DNA of 64,000 nt from an uncultured Clostridia bacterium. Its GTDB lineage: Bacteria > Bacillota > Clostridia > UMGS1810. The notes beneath the pieces are model-generated. The model ran no database searches. It was given only the letters and a program-made list of their open reading frames with translations, and had not been told where the DNA came from. The number at the start of each line of letters is the position of its first letter. Positions within the stretch are counted from its first letter, which is position 1. Both the position numbers and the translations under genes were made by a program. The DNA lies in contig CAKSTI010000001.1 in NCBI GenBank assembly GCA_934500705.1, forward strand, positions 157,139-221,138, written 5' to 3'. Positions 38,330 through 48,680 of the stretch are shown in pieces.

Positions 38330-40511
38330 CTTTTCTCTCCTTGCACAGCATCAAATATACACCCGAACCGACTGTTTTCCGTGTGCCGTCGGGCAGTTCA
38401 ATATCCGCAATCGTATTTTGCGGCACGGCTATCTCAAACCTTACGCCGTCTTTGGCGTAATGCCAGGAAACCGAAACCCTTCCGTACCGTGTATCTATAC
38501 CGGCATTAACAAAGCCTAGCCGCCTGTCCGTCACGGGTTTAACCGCAATGCGCCTGTATCCGCCCTCTTTTGGCGTAATACCTGCCGCCACGGTGAAAAT
38601 CCAATCGAACACACTGCCGTAGGCATAGTGGTTAAACGAGTTCATCTCGCTGTCCCAAAAACCGCCGTCGTCCCTTATGCCGTCCCAGTGCTCCCAAATT
38701 GTTGTTGCGCCGTGGTTTACGCAGTATAACCACGACGGGTATTCCTCGCTCAAAAGCAGGTCGAAGGCAACGTCGGCATATCCGTTTTCGGACAGTGCAT
38801 AGAGAACGTACGGGGTTCCGACAAATCCGGTTGCTATCTTTCCGCCGTTTTTTCTTATAAGTTCTGCAAGACGGCGTGCCATCTCTTTCCTGTCGTCGGC
38901 AAGGTCAAAGCAGAGTGCGAGCGAATACGCCGTCTGGGTGTTATACTCATCTGCATCGGTGTTTAAAAATTTTGAGCGAAAGGCGCTTACAATGCCGTCA
39001 TACAGTCTTTCGTATCCGCTCATATCCCTGCCAAGCACCTTGCCCGCCTTTATTAAAAGCGATGTACTGTATGCAAAAAATGCGGAGGCAATCAAATCAT
39101 ATGACGTTGCACCCCTGAGCGAGCCGTCCGGTGCATCTAAACCGAGCCAATCGCCGTACCCGTCTCCGCCGATAAAGAGAAATTCCTCATCGCCGAAACC
39201 GTGCATATAGTCAACCCATTTTTTCATACTCTCAAACTGGTTTTTGAGTATCCGCTCATTGCCGTATGCCATATAAATCTGCCACGGGCAGATTACTGCG
39301 GCATCGCCCCAAGCGGCGGAAATTCTTGTCTTTGCCCCGCCGGATGGCACAATGGACGGCACTGCGCCGTCGTGGCGCTGTTCGAGCGCAAGGTCGGCAA
39401 GCCATTTTTCAAAAAATCTTTCCACGTCAAAGTTAATTGCCGCCGTCTTTGCAAATACCTGTGCATCTCCGCACCAGCCGAGACGCTCGTCCCTCTGCGG
39501 ACAGTCGGTGGGAATGTCTGTAAAGTTACTCTTCTGACCCCAAAGCACATTTTCGTACAATCTGTTTACCTTGTCGTTTCCGCAAATAAAATGCCCCGTT
39601 CTTTTTATATCTGAATAAACGGCGATACCCGTAAAGTCCGACAGGTTGAAGTCATTTGCTTCAAATTCGTCAATCCGTATGTATCTGAACCCCTGATAGC
39701 TGAAACACGGCTTAAAAACTTCCGTGCCGCAGCCGCTGAGGACGTATTCGTTCTGCTGTCTTGCCGTGCGAAGATTTTCGGTATAAAAATTGCCGTCTGA
39801 GTCGAGCACCTCGGCGTGGCTGATTTTTATTCTGCTGCCACGCCTGCCCTTTGCCGAAATCTGCACATAGCCCGAAAAATTCTGACCGAAGTCAATAACC
39901 TTTTCTCCCTTTGGGGTGACAATCAGTTCCGCCGCCGCTATTTTCTCGTGCTCGGTTACGTACTCACCCTGCATCGGAATGGGCAGTGTTTCAAACGATG
40001 TGTTGACTGCGGCGCTGCCGATGCACTCGGTTTTTGCAGTCATATCAATGGTTTCACCGTGGTAGAGCGATGACCTTATTATGTGAGATGTTCTGACCGA
40101 TGCTTCCTCATCTGACACAATTTTCTCAGTTTTTCCGTCCGAATATGTAATGTCAAGCGAGAACAAAACCGCAATGTTGTCCGCATAATGATTTCTGAAA
40201 TTTTCGCCGAGCCTTAAATATCCGACCGCCCAGCCCTCTGCCGCAACAATGTTTAACTCGTTTTCGCCCTCTGTCAGGTTTGCAATTTCAATTTCCTGAT
40301 ACTGCACACGCTTGTTGTATGAGGTAAAACCCGGATTAAAAATGCCTTTGTCTGCCCTCTCGGAGTTGACATATGCCATATACATTCCCATAGCGGTCAC
40401 GGAGAGCACCGCTTTTTTAACACGCCCGGTCACATTGAATTTTTTGCCAAATACAAAACAGCGTTCATCTGACGGAACGGGCGGACTTATCCATTTGGCG
40501 TCACTTAGCAT
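38322..40511 (-). CDS. Alpha-L-rhamnosidase, glycoside hydrolase family 78
   Basis: Characteristic block DIPTDCPQRDERLGWCGDAQVF and the (alpha/alpha)6 C-terminal region. 729 aa, no signal peptide. Confidence 0.85.
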   Translation of the reverse strand: MLSDAKWISPPVPSDERCFVFGKKFNVTGRVKKAVLSVTAMGMYMAYVNSERADKGIFNPGFTSYNKRVQYQEIEIANLTEGENELNIVAAEGWAVGYLRLGENFRNHYADNIAVLFSLDITYSDGKTEKIVSDEEASVRTSHIIRSSLYHGETIDMTAKTECIGSAAVNTSFETLPIPMQGEYVTEHEKIAAAELIVTPKGEKVIDFGQNFSGYVQISAKGRRGSRIKISHAEVLDSDGNFYTENLRTARQQNEYVLSGCGTEVFKPCFSYQGFRYIRIDEFEANDFNLSDFTGIAVYSDIKRTGHFICGNDKVNRLYENVLWGQKSNFTDIPTDCPQRDERLGWCGDAQVFAKTAAINFDVERFFEKWLADLALEQRHDGAVPSIVPSGGAKTRISAAWGDAAVICPWQIYMAYGNERILKNQFESMKKWVDYMHGFGDEEFLFIGGDGYGDWLGLDAPDGSLRGATSYDLIASAFFAYSTSLLIKAGKVLGRDMSGYERLYDGIVSAFRSKFLNTDADEYNTQTAYSLALCFDLADDRKEMARRLAELIRKNGGKIATGFVGTPYVLYALSENGYADVAFDLLLSEEYPSWLYCVNHGATTIWEHWDGIRDDGGFWDSEMNSFNHYAYGSVFDWIFTVAAGITPKEGGYRRIAVKPVTDRRLGFVNAGIDTRYGRVSVSWHYAKDGVRFEIAVPQNTIADIELPDGTRKTVGSGVYLMLCKERKDD

Positions 40512-42060
40512 TTCCGTCCCCTCCTTGCTGTGTTTTCTTTCTGTAACTTGCGGGACTCATATTCTCAAAACCCTGAAATTTAACGTGAAAATAGTTGGAG
40601 TCGGTAAATCCGACCATTTGTGCAATTTCGTAGATTTTATATTCGGTATTTGTAAGAAGTTCCTTTGCTCTTTTCATTCGTATCTGCATAAGGTAATTGT
40701 TAAAGCTGACACCCGTTTTTTCCTTAAAAATCTTTCCGAGATACGCAGGTGTAACAAAGTACCTCTTTGAAATCCAGTTGATGTTAAGCTCTTTGTTTGC
40801 ATAGTCACGCTTAACGTATTCTATTATATCGCCTATAACGCCGCTTTTGCGCCTGTTGCGTATCTTAATGAGAGTTTCTGCAAATTCCTCTGTAATTTCC
40901 AGCAGAAATTTGTTTACCATATCGTGCGTAATACAGTTGGTTTTGCGCAGAAGCGACCATTTATATACTATTGTCATTGCCTCGGAGCTGTTTTCTCCGA
41001 GGGAGTCTATCATATCAAATATAATCTTGTTGATGTAGCCGCACACAATCTCCGGCCGCACCTTTTCTTTGACTATTTCCTCCGAAAAACGGTTTACGCT
41101 TTTCTCTATCATATCCCTTTCGGTTGTATTTATAGCGTCAATCACGCTCTGAACAATGCTCACATCGGACAGATAGTCACAGTAGTGAACGTCCTTGTAA
41201 TCCTCATATAAAAATAACTGTTCGGATTTAAAAAACAAGGCGTCTTCAAGAATTTTTACCGAGTCCTTGGAACGGTAGACCTCCTGCGGTTTCTCGACTC
41301 TTTTGCCGATAAAAATTACAAAATCCAAAATTCCGCTGCACGTGAGCGACTGTTTTATTCTGTTTGCATACTTTACAGATGCGTTTTTGTCAGACGTTTC
41401 GTCTATGACCATTTCAAAATCTTTAAAACCGTTCTTTATTACAAAACATTCCGCCGTATCGCCGCCTGCTCTGTATTTGCTTATTGAGGAGTAAACTTTT
41501 TCCGTAACGGGGCCTGTTCCGTTTTGAACGGTTGTGTCTATTATATCTTTTTTAAATTCCTTTATTTTTACATAACGTGTTTCCATATTGCGGTAGGCAT
41601 CCGGAATTTTGTCCGCACTGCCGATGTCGCCTGCAAGAACCTTTGTAAAATAGTTTACGGCGCTGCGGTGAGTGTACTCACTCTCCTTTTCCAAGTCGCC
41701 CCTTATTTTTACAAGAAGTACTCTAAGCTCGTCCTCATCAATCGGTTTAAGCAGGTAACCGCTTATCTGAAAGTCAATCGCCCACTTTGCGTATTCAAAC
41801 TCGCTGTACGCCGACAGGAGCACAAATTTTGTTTTGGGCGAAAAGGACGATATTTCGCTTATCATATCCATACCAAGCATTTCCGGCATTCTTATGTCGG
41901 TAATAACCAAATCAATTTTTTGATTTTTAGAAATTTCTATTGCCTCTTTGGCACTCGTGGTCTTAGCAAATACCTCAAACCCCAGTTCGTTCCAATCTAT
42001 CAGAATTTCCAGTCCGTCAACAATTATCTTTTTGTCATCAACGAGCATTACCCGAAACAT
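40501..42060 (-). CDS. Two-component response regulator, YesN-like (REC + AraC-type HTH)
   Basis: Start at MFRVMLVDD with GGAGAGGG RBS. REC aspartate pocket LVITDIRMPEM. C-terminal AraC HTH ...YEIAQMVGFTDSNYFHVKFQ. Confidence 0.8.
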   Translation of the reverse strand: MFRVMLVDDKKIIVDGLEILIDWNELGFEVFAKTTSAKEAIEISKNQKIDLVITDIRMPEMLGMDMISEISSFSPKTKFVLLSAYSEFEYAKWAIDFQISGYLLKPIDEDELRVLLVKIRGDLEKESEYTHRSAVNYFTKVLAGDIGSADKIPDAYRNMETRYVKIKEFKKDIIDTTVQNGTGPVTEKVYSSISKYRAGGDTAECFVIKNGFKDFEMVIDETSDKNASVKYANRIKQSLTCSGILDFVIFIGKRVEKPQEVYRSKDSVKILEDALFFKSEQLFLYEDYKDVHYCDYLSDVSIVQSVIDAINTTERDMIEKSVNRFSEEIVKEKVRPEIVCGYINKIIFDMIDSLGENSSEAMTIVYKWSLLRKTNCITHDMVNKFLLEITEEFAETLIKIRNRRKSGVIGDIIEYVKRDYANKELNINWISKRYFVTPAYLGKIFKEKTGVSFNNYLMQIRMKRAKELLTNTEYKIYEIAQMVGFTDSNYFHVKFQGFENMSPASYRKKTQQGGDGNAK

Positions 42061-42067
42061 AGACCTT

Positions 42068-43813
42068 TCACCCTCTCCTATCAATATCCAAAACTGCCGG
42101 GAGATTTATTGTTATCTCCGTTTTTTCGTACGGCACACTGCACACACTAACCTTAAAGTCATCGTTAAAATACAGTTTCATTCTCGAAAGCACATTTGCA
42201 ATACCGTTGCCCGACATTTCCCTTATGCACTCAATGTCGCCGTTATTAATGGCGTCTGCTATGCCTGTATCCATACCTTTGCCGTTGTCGGAAACTTTTA
42301 TTATAAGCCTGCCGCCCTCCGCTTTTGCCGACAGGGAAAACACTCGGTTTTTCTCCAAATTGTCCAGCCCGTGGCGGAAGGCGTTTTCCACAAACACCTG
42401 AACCGCCATTTTGGGGACAACATACCTTTTGGTATCCTCGTCAATGAGAAATTCAATCGACACGTCATTGTCGAGATTGCACTCGTAAAGCGAGGCAAAC
42501 GCCCGTATAAAGACCAGTTCCTCATCAAAGGTTATGACGTCCTTTTTCCAGCTTATCTGACGGCGGAGCATTACGGATATGTTTTTTATCATATCCGCCG
42601 TTTCGGTGTTTTTGTTTTTTACACATTTCATTCTGAGAATTTCCATAATATTAAACAGAAAATGCGGATTAATCTGCCTTTGCAGTGCTATAAACTCCGC
42701 TTTGTTTTTTTCACGCTCTATCTCGGCGCTTTTTAACTTTTCGAGATATATTTCGTTAATCAGCGTGTTTATTTTGGTAACGGCACCGTTAAAACCCTTT
42801 GCAAGCATTCCTATTTCGTCGGTGCCGATGCCGTCCTCGCTGATTTTTACAAATTCACTGTTCTGCATCTTTTTGGTTGCGGCGGTAAGTTCCGCCATTT
42901 TTTCGGTCATTGTGTAGGTAATAAAACAAACAAGCAGTGCCGAAACAAATAGAGCGACAAGCATAGAAACGATAAAGCCCACCATTTCACGCATAGTATC
43001 TCCTGTGTAATTTTCCGTATACAGGCAGCACAGGGTGTAACCCACGGGAAAGCGAAGTTCCTTTTCAACGGTCTTTTTGCCCTTTAATGCGGAGTAATCC
43101 GTACCGAGAAAATCCGTTTTAAGCTCATCGTCCGGGGAAACGGCAATGCACTTATTCTCGTTGTTAAACAGATACATTCTGCCCTTTTCCTCGTTGTAAA
43201 TAATCTCATTTTCAATGGACTTATACGATATGTTGATTTTTAAAATATCGTTGCACCGTCCGTAGTTGCTGAGCCTTCTTACAATGCAGAGTCTGCTCCG
43301 TCCCGTGTCTTTGTCGTAATAAGATATGACGGAGTAGTCGCTGCCTATCTCCAAAAACTTGTCGTACCACTTTGAATTTTTGGGTATGTCGGACACCCTT
43401 AACAAGATCGCATTGCGATATAGGTTTTCGTTAAACGTGTAAATCTCTATTGACTCTATAAAGTCATATGCAATGCAGTATCGGTTAAGGTCGTATATCT
43501 CATTGGAATTGTTAATAAAGTCCTGCAAACTGCCGTTTTTCATAAGCAGATTTTTGTTAAGCGTAGTGTTGCAGTACAGTTCATCACAAATCATTCTGGC
43601 GTTGTCTGTTACTCTTTCAATCTTTTCGGCTGCCACGTCAACATCAAAGCCAATTTCCTTTAAATTTCTGTTTTTTGCACTGTTCGTAACACTGCGGCAG
43701 TATAAACCGCCGATAATGAGCATAGGAAAGAAAATACTCACAAAATACACTATGAGCATCTTTTTTCTGAACATAATGTTGTTAAAAGAAAATCGCTTTA
43801 AAATGTTTTTCAC
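42068..43813 (-). CDS. Sensor histidine kinase, YesM-like (2 TM + extracytoplasmic domain, HisKA_3-type H box, HATPase)
   Basis: GTG start with GAGAGG RBS. H-box QINPHFLFNIMEILR. HATPase N/G boxes ...VENAFRHG...DNGKGMD.... AT-rich coding. Confidence 0.8.
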   Translation of the reverse strand: MKNILKRFSFNNIMFRKKMLIVYFVSIFFPMLIIGGLYCRSVTNSAKNRNLKEIGFDVDVAAEKIERVTDNARMICDELYCNTTLNKNLLMKNGSLQDFINNSNEIYDLNRYCIAYDFIESIEIYTFNENLYRNAILLRVSDIPKNSKWYDKFLEIGSDYSVISYYDKDTGRSRLCIVRRLSNYGRCNDILKINISYKSIENEIIYNEEKGRMYLFNNENKCIAVSPDDELKTDFLGTDYSALKGKKTVEKELRFPVGYTLCCLYTENYTGDTMREMVGFIVSMLVALFVSALLVCFITYTMTEKMAELTAATKKMQNSEFVKISEDGIGTDEIGMLAKGFNGAVTKINTLINEIYLEKLKSAEIEREKNKAEFIALQRQINPHFLFNIMEILRMKCVKNKNTETADMIKNISVMLRRQISWKKDVITFDEELVFIRAFASLYECNLDNDVSIEFLIDEDTKRYVVPKMAVQVFVENAFRHGLDNLEKNRVFSLSAKAEGGRLIIKVSDNGKGMDTGIADAINNGDIECIREMSGNGIANVLSRMKLYFNDDFKVSVCSVPYEKTEITINLPAVLDIDRRG

Positions 43814-43856
43814 GGCAATACCTCTCTTATGCAGTGAGGACTCGAACCCGCACTGC

Positions 43857-44768
43857 CTAACCTTTAACCGAACCTATCATAACTCCCTGAACAAAGTATT
43901 TTTGCACAAACGGGAACAGGCACCACACCGGCAGACAGGAAATCATTATGCAGGCATATTTTATGCTCTCCGATAATGCGTCAAGCTCGGAGCTGTCACC
44001 GCCCACGCTGCCCGTTGCAGCCGCAGAACTTGTGCTGTTGCCGAAAAGTATTTCCTTTAACACAAGTTGCAGAGGATACTTGTTTATATCTCCCAGATAT
44101 ATGTAAGCCGAAAACCAGTTGTTCCACGCCGCAACTCCGTAGTACAGCGCCAAAACCGCAATAATCGCCTTTGAGAGCGGAAGCACTATTGACCATATAA
44201 ACCGCAGATTGTTACAACCGTCAAGCTGTGCCGCCTCCAAAAGCTCCTTGGGAACAGATGTCTGGAAAAACGTCCTTGCAATAATAAGGTTGTATGCGCT
44301 TATAAGGCTCGGAAGGATTATCGACCAGCGTGTGTCTATAAGGTGCAAATCTTTCATCAGTATATACGTAGGCACTATACCTCCGGAAAACAGCATAGAA
44401 AACGTTATGAGCATCATAAAGAACTTGCCGCCAACCAAATCGGGGCGTGAGAGCGGATAGGCAAACATAATGTTTACAATAACCGCAAACAGCGTTATAG
44501 AACCTGTATACAGTATCGTGTTTAAATATCCCGTGATAATACGGCTGTCCTTGAAAACCGCCTTGTAACCGTCAAGGCTCAATCCCTTGGGGAGAATGAA
44601 CACCTTTCCACGCAAAACCTCGGAGGGCTGCGATATTGAGGACGATATTACATACAAAAGCGGTATAAGTACGGCTACAAGCATAATCAGCATAATTATG
44701 TCTACCACGCCGTAAAATATTTTATCGCTGACGCACAGCTTTCTGTACTCTGCAAATCTCTTTTTCAT
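43857..44768 (-). CDS. ABC sugar transporter permease (LplC-like)
   Basis: EAA loop LEAAQLDGCNNLRFIWSIVLP. Confidence 0.85.
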   Translation of the reverse strand: MKKRFAEYRKLCVSDKIFYGVVDIIMLIMLVAVLIPLLYVISSSISQPSEVLRGKVFILPKGLSLDGYKAVFKDSRIITGYLNTILYTGSITLFAVIVNIMFAYPLSRPDLVGGKFFMMLITFSMLFSGGIVPTYILMKDLHLIDTRWSIILPSLISAYNLIIARTFFQTSVPKELLEAAQLDGCNNLRFIWSIVLPLSKAIIAVLALYYGVAAWNNWFSAYIYLGDINKYPLQLVLKEILFGNSTSSAAATGSVGGDSSELDALSESIKYACIMISCLPVWCLFPFVQKYFVQGVMIGSVKG

Positions 44769-44781
44769 TGTAAAATCCCTC

Positions 44782-45726
44782 CTACCACAGGCTTGAATTG
44801 GTTATTTTCTTCGACGCCTTGTTGACCGCTGTGATAAGAACAAGGTTTACCACCGAATTGAAAAGACCTATCGCCGTTCCGTACGAATAGTCCGATGACG
44901 TAACAAGCGCCACCTTATACGAATACGTTGTTATAATTTCGCTTGCACGCAGATTGAGCGGATTTTGCATAAGCAAAACTCTCTCGTATCCTACCGACAT
45001 CATTGCGCCCACCTTTAATATAAGCAGGATTATAAAAGTCGGCAGAACCACGGCAAGGTCTATGTGAATAAGCTGTTTAAAGCGGTTTGCGCCGTCAAGA
45101 GCTGCCGCCTCGTAAAGGTCAAGGTCAACGCTCGACAGTGCGGCAATGTATATGATGGTGTTCCACCCTACGTTCTGCCATATAAGCGACCACACATAGA
45201 GGTGGTTGAATGCGGCGGGTTTTGCCAGAATATCTATCGCCTTAATGCCGATTAAGTCGCAGAATTTGCCGTAAAGTCCTATGCTCGGATTTAATATCTG
45301 TGTGAGCACGCCAATCATTACAACCGTGGAGATAAAGTGCGGCATATACGTAATCATCTGAACGGTTTTCTTATATCCCTTTGAAAAGATTGCGTTAAGG
45401 AGCAATGCAAATGCCATTGTAAAAATCGGCTCAACCAATAACTGGTAAAGGGAGATGGAAAATGTATTTTTAATAAGCGTCCATATCTTGGGAGTATTAA
45501 ACAGCTTAACAAAATTTGCCATACCCACGAAAGGACTTGCCCATATACCGCCGCTCGGTGTAAACTTTTTAAACGCTATCTGCAAACCGAGCATAGGATA
45601 ATAGTTAAATATCAAAAGCAGGGCAAGCGGAATAACCATTAACAAATACAAATCCCAGTTTCTTAATATATCCTTTTTCAGAGATTTGGATTTTGCTGTA
45701 TCGCCGACTGTTGAAAATTTTTTCAT
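44782..45726 (-). CDS. ABC sugar transporter permease (LplB-like)
   Basis: EAA loop YEAAALDGANRFKQLIHIDL. N-terminal MKKFSTVGDTAKSK...WDLYLLMVIPL typical of this family. Confidence 0.85.
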   Translation of the reverse strand: MKKFSTVGDTAKSKSLKKDILRNWDLYLLMVIPLALLLIFNYYPMLGLQIAFKKFTPSGGIWASPFVGMANFVKLFNTPKIWTLIKNTFSISLYQLLVEPIFTMAFALLLNAIFSKGYKKTVQMITYMPHFISTVVMIGVLTQILNPSIGLYGKFCDLIGIKAIDILAKPAAFNHLYVWSLIWQNVGWNTIIYIAALSSVDLDLYEAAALDGANRFKQLIHIDLAVVLPTFIILLILKVGAMMSVGYERVLLMQNPLNLRASEIITTYSYKVALVTSSDYSYGTAIGLFNSVVNLVLITAVNKASKKITNSSLW

Positions 45727-45791
45727 TATATCAAACCTCTCCGGTTTACACCGTCGGGGAACTATCTCCCCGGCGGTATAATACCATTATA

Positions 45792-47459
45792 CTATTTATC
45801 CTGCTTCTTTGTAAAGTTATCGTATCCTTTTTGTATTAATTCAAGGTACCGTTTAACGTTTAAGTTTTCAAGGTCGGATTGGAAGCTGTCCCATTCCTTG
45901 TCAACATTTTTTTCTCCCGTTACAAAAAGCGCAACGTTTTCCTTGACATATGACGAGATGTCCGCTTGAAGTCCGTTAAATTCCTCCATATCGTCGAGGT
46001 CTAAAAGAAGCATTTCTCTTGTGCAGATGTTTTTAGGCCCTTTGCCGTAATATGCGGTGAGCGCCTTTGCCTTGAAATACTCTCCGTCGAGCGGGTCGCC
46101 GTTCCAGGCAAGAGTGTCACTGATGTCCGACGAACGGTATGCCGGATTGTTCTGGAACCAATGCGAGTTCTGCACTGCTCCGTAAGGAAGGATTGCCATA
46201 ATCTTCGCCTCAAAGCCGAGGTCGGAGAAAATTGCCTTTGAACCCGGCTCCGCCTTTTTCCAGTCCTTGCCCTCAACACCGTAACGGCAGAAGGTTGACG
46301 CCTCTTCGCTTAGCATAAAGTCCATAAGTCTGAATGCCGCAAGCGGATTTTTGCAATACTTGGTAATTATGCCGGACACGCCTGCACGGTAAACATTTGT
46401 GTAGGCATATGCAACGCCTTTGGGACCTTTGAGCGGCGGCAGGGCAACGTACTCTCCGAGCCTTTCCGAACCAGAGCCGAACAGGCTGTCCGGCGAACCC
46501 GATGCAAATGCGCCTATGACATTGTCATCACCGCAGGCAATACTCCTGAGTATCTCGCTGCTTTGGGTGTAGCACTGAACGTCAATGAGTCCTTGCTTTA
46601 CCATACCGGACACTTTCTTTAATCCGGCTTTGTACTCATCGGTCATATAGTTGAGCGAAACCTTTTTATGGTCGTCCACCACAAATCCGTCACCATAGTC
46701 ATCGTATACGTATGAATTCATAAGGAAGTCAACCGGCTTTTCGTTCCAGCCGTCCTTTGAACCCGTAAAGCCTATTTCGTCGGCTTTTCCGTTTCCGTTG
46801 GGGTCTTGTGTTTCAAACGCCTTCATTACCTTTACAAAGTCGTCTATCGTCTCCGGCATATCAAGACCGAGCTTGTCAAGCCACTTTTTGTTAATAAAGG
46901 CTTTTCCGCCGTTCAAATTGCCGACCTGCTCTATTATGTGGGGCATAAAATACTTTTTGCCGTCCGCACAGCTAAGCCAGCTGTCAAGGTTTTTAACCTT
47001 TGTTTTCTTATATACATCTTTAAGCCAGTAGCCGTACTCGTCCATATAGTCGGTAAGGTCTATGAGAGTGCCCTCACTGCCGTACTGCAAGAGGGTACTT
47101 TTATCAAGACCGACGCCGCAGAGAATATCGGGCATTTTGGCACCGGATGCGAGCATAACCTTAACCTTGTCGTAACCGCCGCTTGCGGGGAAAAGGTAAA
47201 ATTTAAGGTCGATGTTTGTTTTTTCTTCAAGATACTTTGTAAATGCGTTTGTGTCAAAGTTTTCTACCTTGGAACTGCTTATAATTCCCACGGTAAGGCT
47301 GATTTTATCCTTAACAATGGGCAGTTCACCGGGAGCTGTAACGTTGTCGTCGGCAACGACACCGCTGCTTGTTTTTTCGGTTTCCGTCTTTGCGCACGAT
47401 GTAAAGATAAGGCACAGTGCACACATAAGCGCAATCACGGAAAAAAATCTTTTTTTCAT
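45792..47459 (-). CDS. ABC sugar transporter substrate-binding lipoprotein (LplA-type, 555 aa)
   Basis: Lipobox FTSC after the signal peptide. Start codon overlaps the upstream stop (TAATG). Confidence 0.8.
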   Translation of the reverse strand: MKKRFFSVIALMCALCLIFTSCAKTETEKTSSGVVADDNVTAPGELPIVKDKISLTVGIISSSKVENFDTNAFTKYLEEKTNIDLKFYLFPASGGYDKVKVMLASGAKMPDILCGVGLDKSTLLQYGSEGTLIDLTDYMDEYGYWLKDVYKKTKVKNLDSWLSCADGKKYFMPHIIEQVGNLNGGKAFINKKWLDKLGLDMPETIDDFVKVMKAFETQDPNGNGKADEIGFTGSKDGWNEKPVDFLMNSYVYDDYGDGFVVDDHKKVSLNYMTDEYKAGLKKVSGMVKQGLIDVQCYTQSSEILRSIACGDDNVIGAFASGSPDSLFGSGSERLGEYVALPPLKGPKGVAYAYTNVYRAGVSGIITKYCKNPLAAFRLMDFMLSEEASTFCRYGVEGKDWKKAEPGSKAIFSDLGFEAKIMAILPYGAVQNSHWFQNNPAYRSSDISDTLAWNGDPLDGEYFKAKALTAYYGKGPKNICTREMLLLDLDDMEEFNGLQADISSYVKENVALFVTGEKNVDKEWDSFQSDLENLNVKRYLELIQKGYDNFTKKQDK

Positions 47460-48559
47460 TAATTTTCGCCCTCCTGACGTATTTGTTGTTTTGTAATGAA
47501 TACCGCTCCCTGAACGTCATCGTATGCAACGTCTGCGCCGAGAAGCTCGGAAACAAATCTCAGCGGAACAACGGTGCGGTCGTTAATAATTTCAACGGCG
47601 GCATCGGAATAAACAATTTCGCCGTTCACCTTGATGTCGTGACTGCCGACGGGCATAATAATCAGCTTTTTGTTGCCTATTGCATATGCCGCCTGCTCGG
47701 CATCATTCCACGCAACCCCTGCTCCGAGCGCCTCAAAAATCAGCCTCATAGGAACAAGCGTTCTGCCGCCTTTGACAATGGGCGGCACATCGGCTGTATT
47801 TAAGAGATAACCGTTGACCGATAACTTCAAAGGTTCGTTTCCGTCCCATTTTTTATAGCGGTCGCCGAGTTTTAAGCGTATGGCGCCGTAATTGTTTGTC
47901 TGCTTATAGTTATAGGCATAGTCGGAATACCAGGTTGCAATATACTGCCTTTTTCCCTCGGCATTTGCGTCGTTTACCTGAATGTCAAACCCCACAAGCG
48001 TGCCGTCTGCCGGCAGAATATCTGCCCACGGGCACAGCAGTTCAACGCTGTATATGCCGGAATTTTCCTCATACTTTGCGATGCCCTTAAAGTCCTTGGG
48101 AGCACTCATTCCGTACGACGTGGAGCCGGTAATGGTTACACGGTACTGGGCGTCGTTTGTATCGGCGGTTGTATTCCTTGAAAGGTCGGCGTCAACAAAT
48201 ACTTCAAGGCTGTCCTTCAAGTATTCGTCCTTACCGGACCACGACGGTGTTTTCTCGTCCATCTCTGCGTAAACATAAAGTCCGCTGTAATCCCAGGCAA
48301 GCCACACCTTTGCAGATGTACCGTCCTCCGCCAGGCTGCTTGCAAGGCGTTTGTCGGCAACAAGCTGAGGCTCATCGGTATATACATCGTCCTTTACACC
48401 GTCAATTATTGCGGTGCCGTAGTAAACGGACGGTATTCTCTCCGTCGGCATCATTGTATCCGACTCTTTAACTTCTGCCGGTGTATCGTCTGCAAAGCAC
48501 AAAACCGTACAGCCGAACACGAACATAAATATCAGTAATACACTGACAGCTTTTTTCAT
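47459..48559 (-). CDS. Secreted CBM9-like (DOMON-type) carbohydrate-binding protein with C-terminal copper-amine-oxidase-N-like stalk repeats
   Basis: Signal peptide MKKAVSVLLIFMFVFGCTVLCFA. IIDGVKDDVYTDEP...AKVWLAWDYSGLYVYAEMDE is a CBM9-like signature. Two C-terminal repeats ...GGRTLVPMRLIFEALGA... and ...NDRTVVPLRFVSELLGA.... Confidence 0.6.
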   Translation of the reverse strand: MKKAVSVLLIFMFVFGCTVLCFADDTPAEVKESDTMMPTERIPSVYYGTAIIDGVKDDVYTDEPQLVADKRLASSLAEDGTSAKVWLAWDYSGLYVYAEMDEKTPSWSGKDEYLKDSLEVFVDADLSRNTTADTNDAQYRVTITGSTSYGMSAPKDFKGIAKYEENSGIYSVELLCPWADILPADGTLVGFDIQVNDANAEGKRQYIATWYSDYAYNYKQTNNYGAIRLKLGDRYKKWDGNEPLKLSVNGYLLNTADVPPIVKGGRTLVPMRLIFEALGAGVAWNDAEQAAYAIGNKKLIIMPVGSHDIKVNGEIVYSDAAVEIINDRTVVPLRFVSELLGADVAYDDVQGAVFITKQQIRQEGEN

Positions 48560-48651
48560 TTTTCAATCAACCTCTCTGCGCATTGCTTGCGGCGGCAAGT
48601 TGAGGTGCATAGCTCCCCTCGGCTTTCACCCTTGCCCTATATCGCATAATT

Positions 48652-48680
48652 ATTATACTATTTTACAAAGGGAGTTTCAA
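48652..48680 (-). promoter_or_regulatory. Consensus sigma-A promoter (TTGAAA - 17 bp - TATAAT) overlapping the stop codon of the upstream gene, with an ~90 nt structured 5' UTR
   Basis: Minus strand reads TTGAAActccctttgtaaaatagTATAAT. The UTR contains GGCAAG-GGTG-...-CACC-...-CTTGCC nested pairing before the GAGAGG RBS. Confidence 0.55.

Noticed and set aside
43814-43856. A second tRNA gene
   Set aside because: Only a T-arm-like hairpin is present. The acceptor and anticodon stems cannot be formed.
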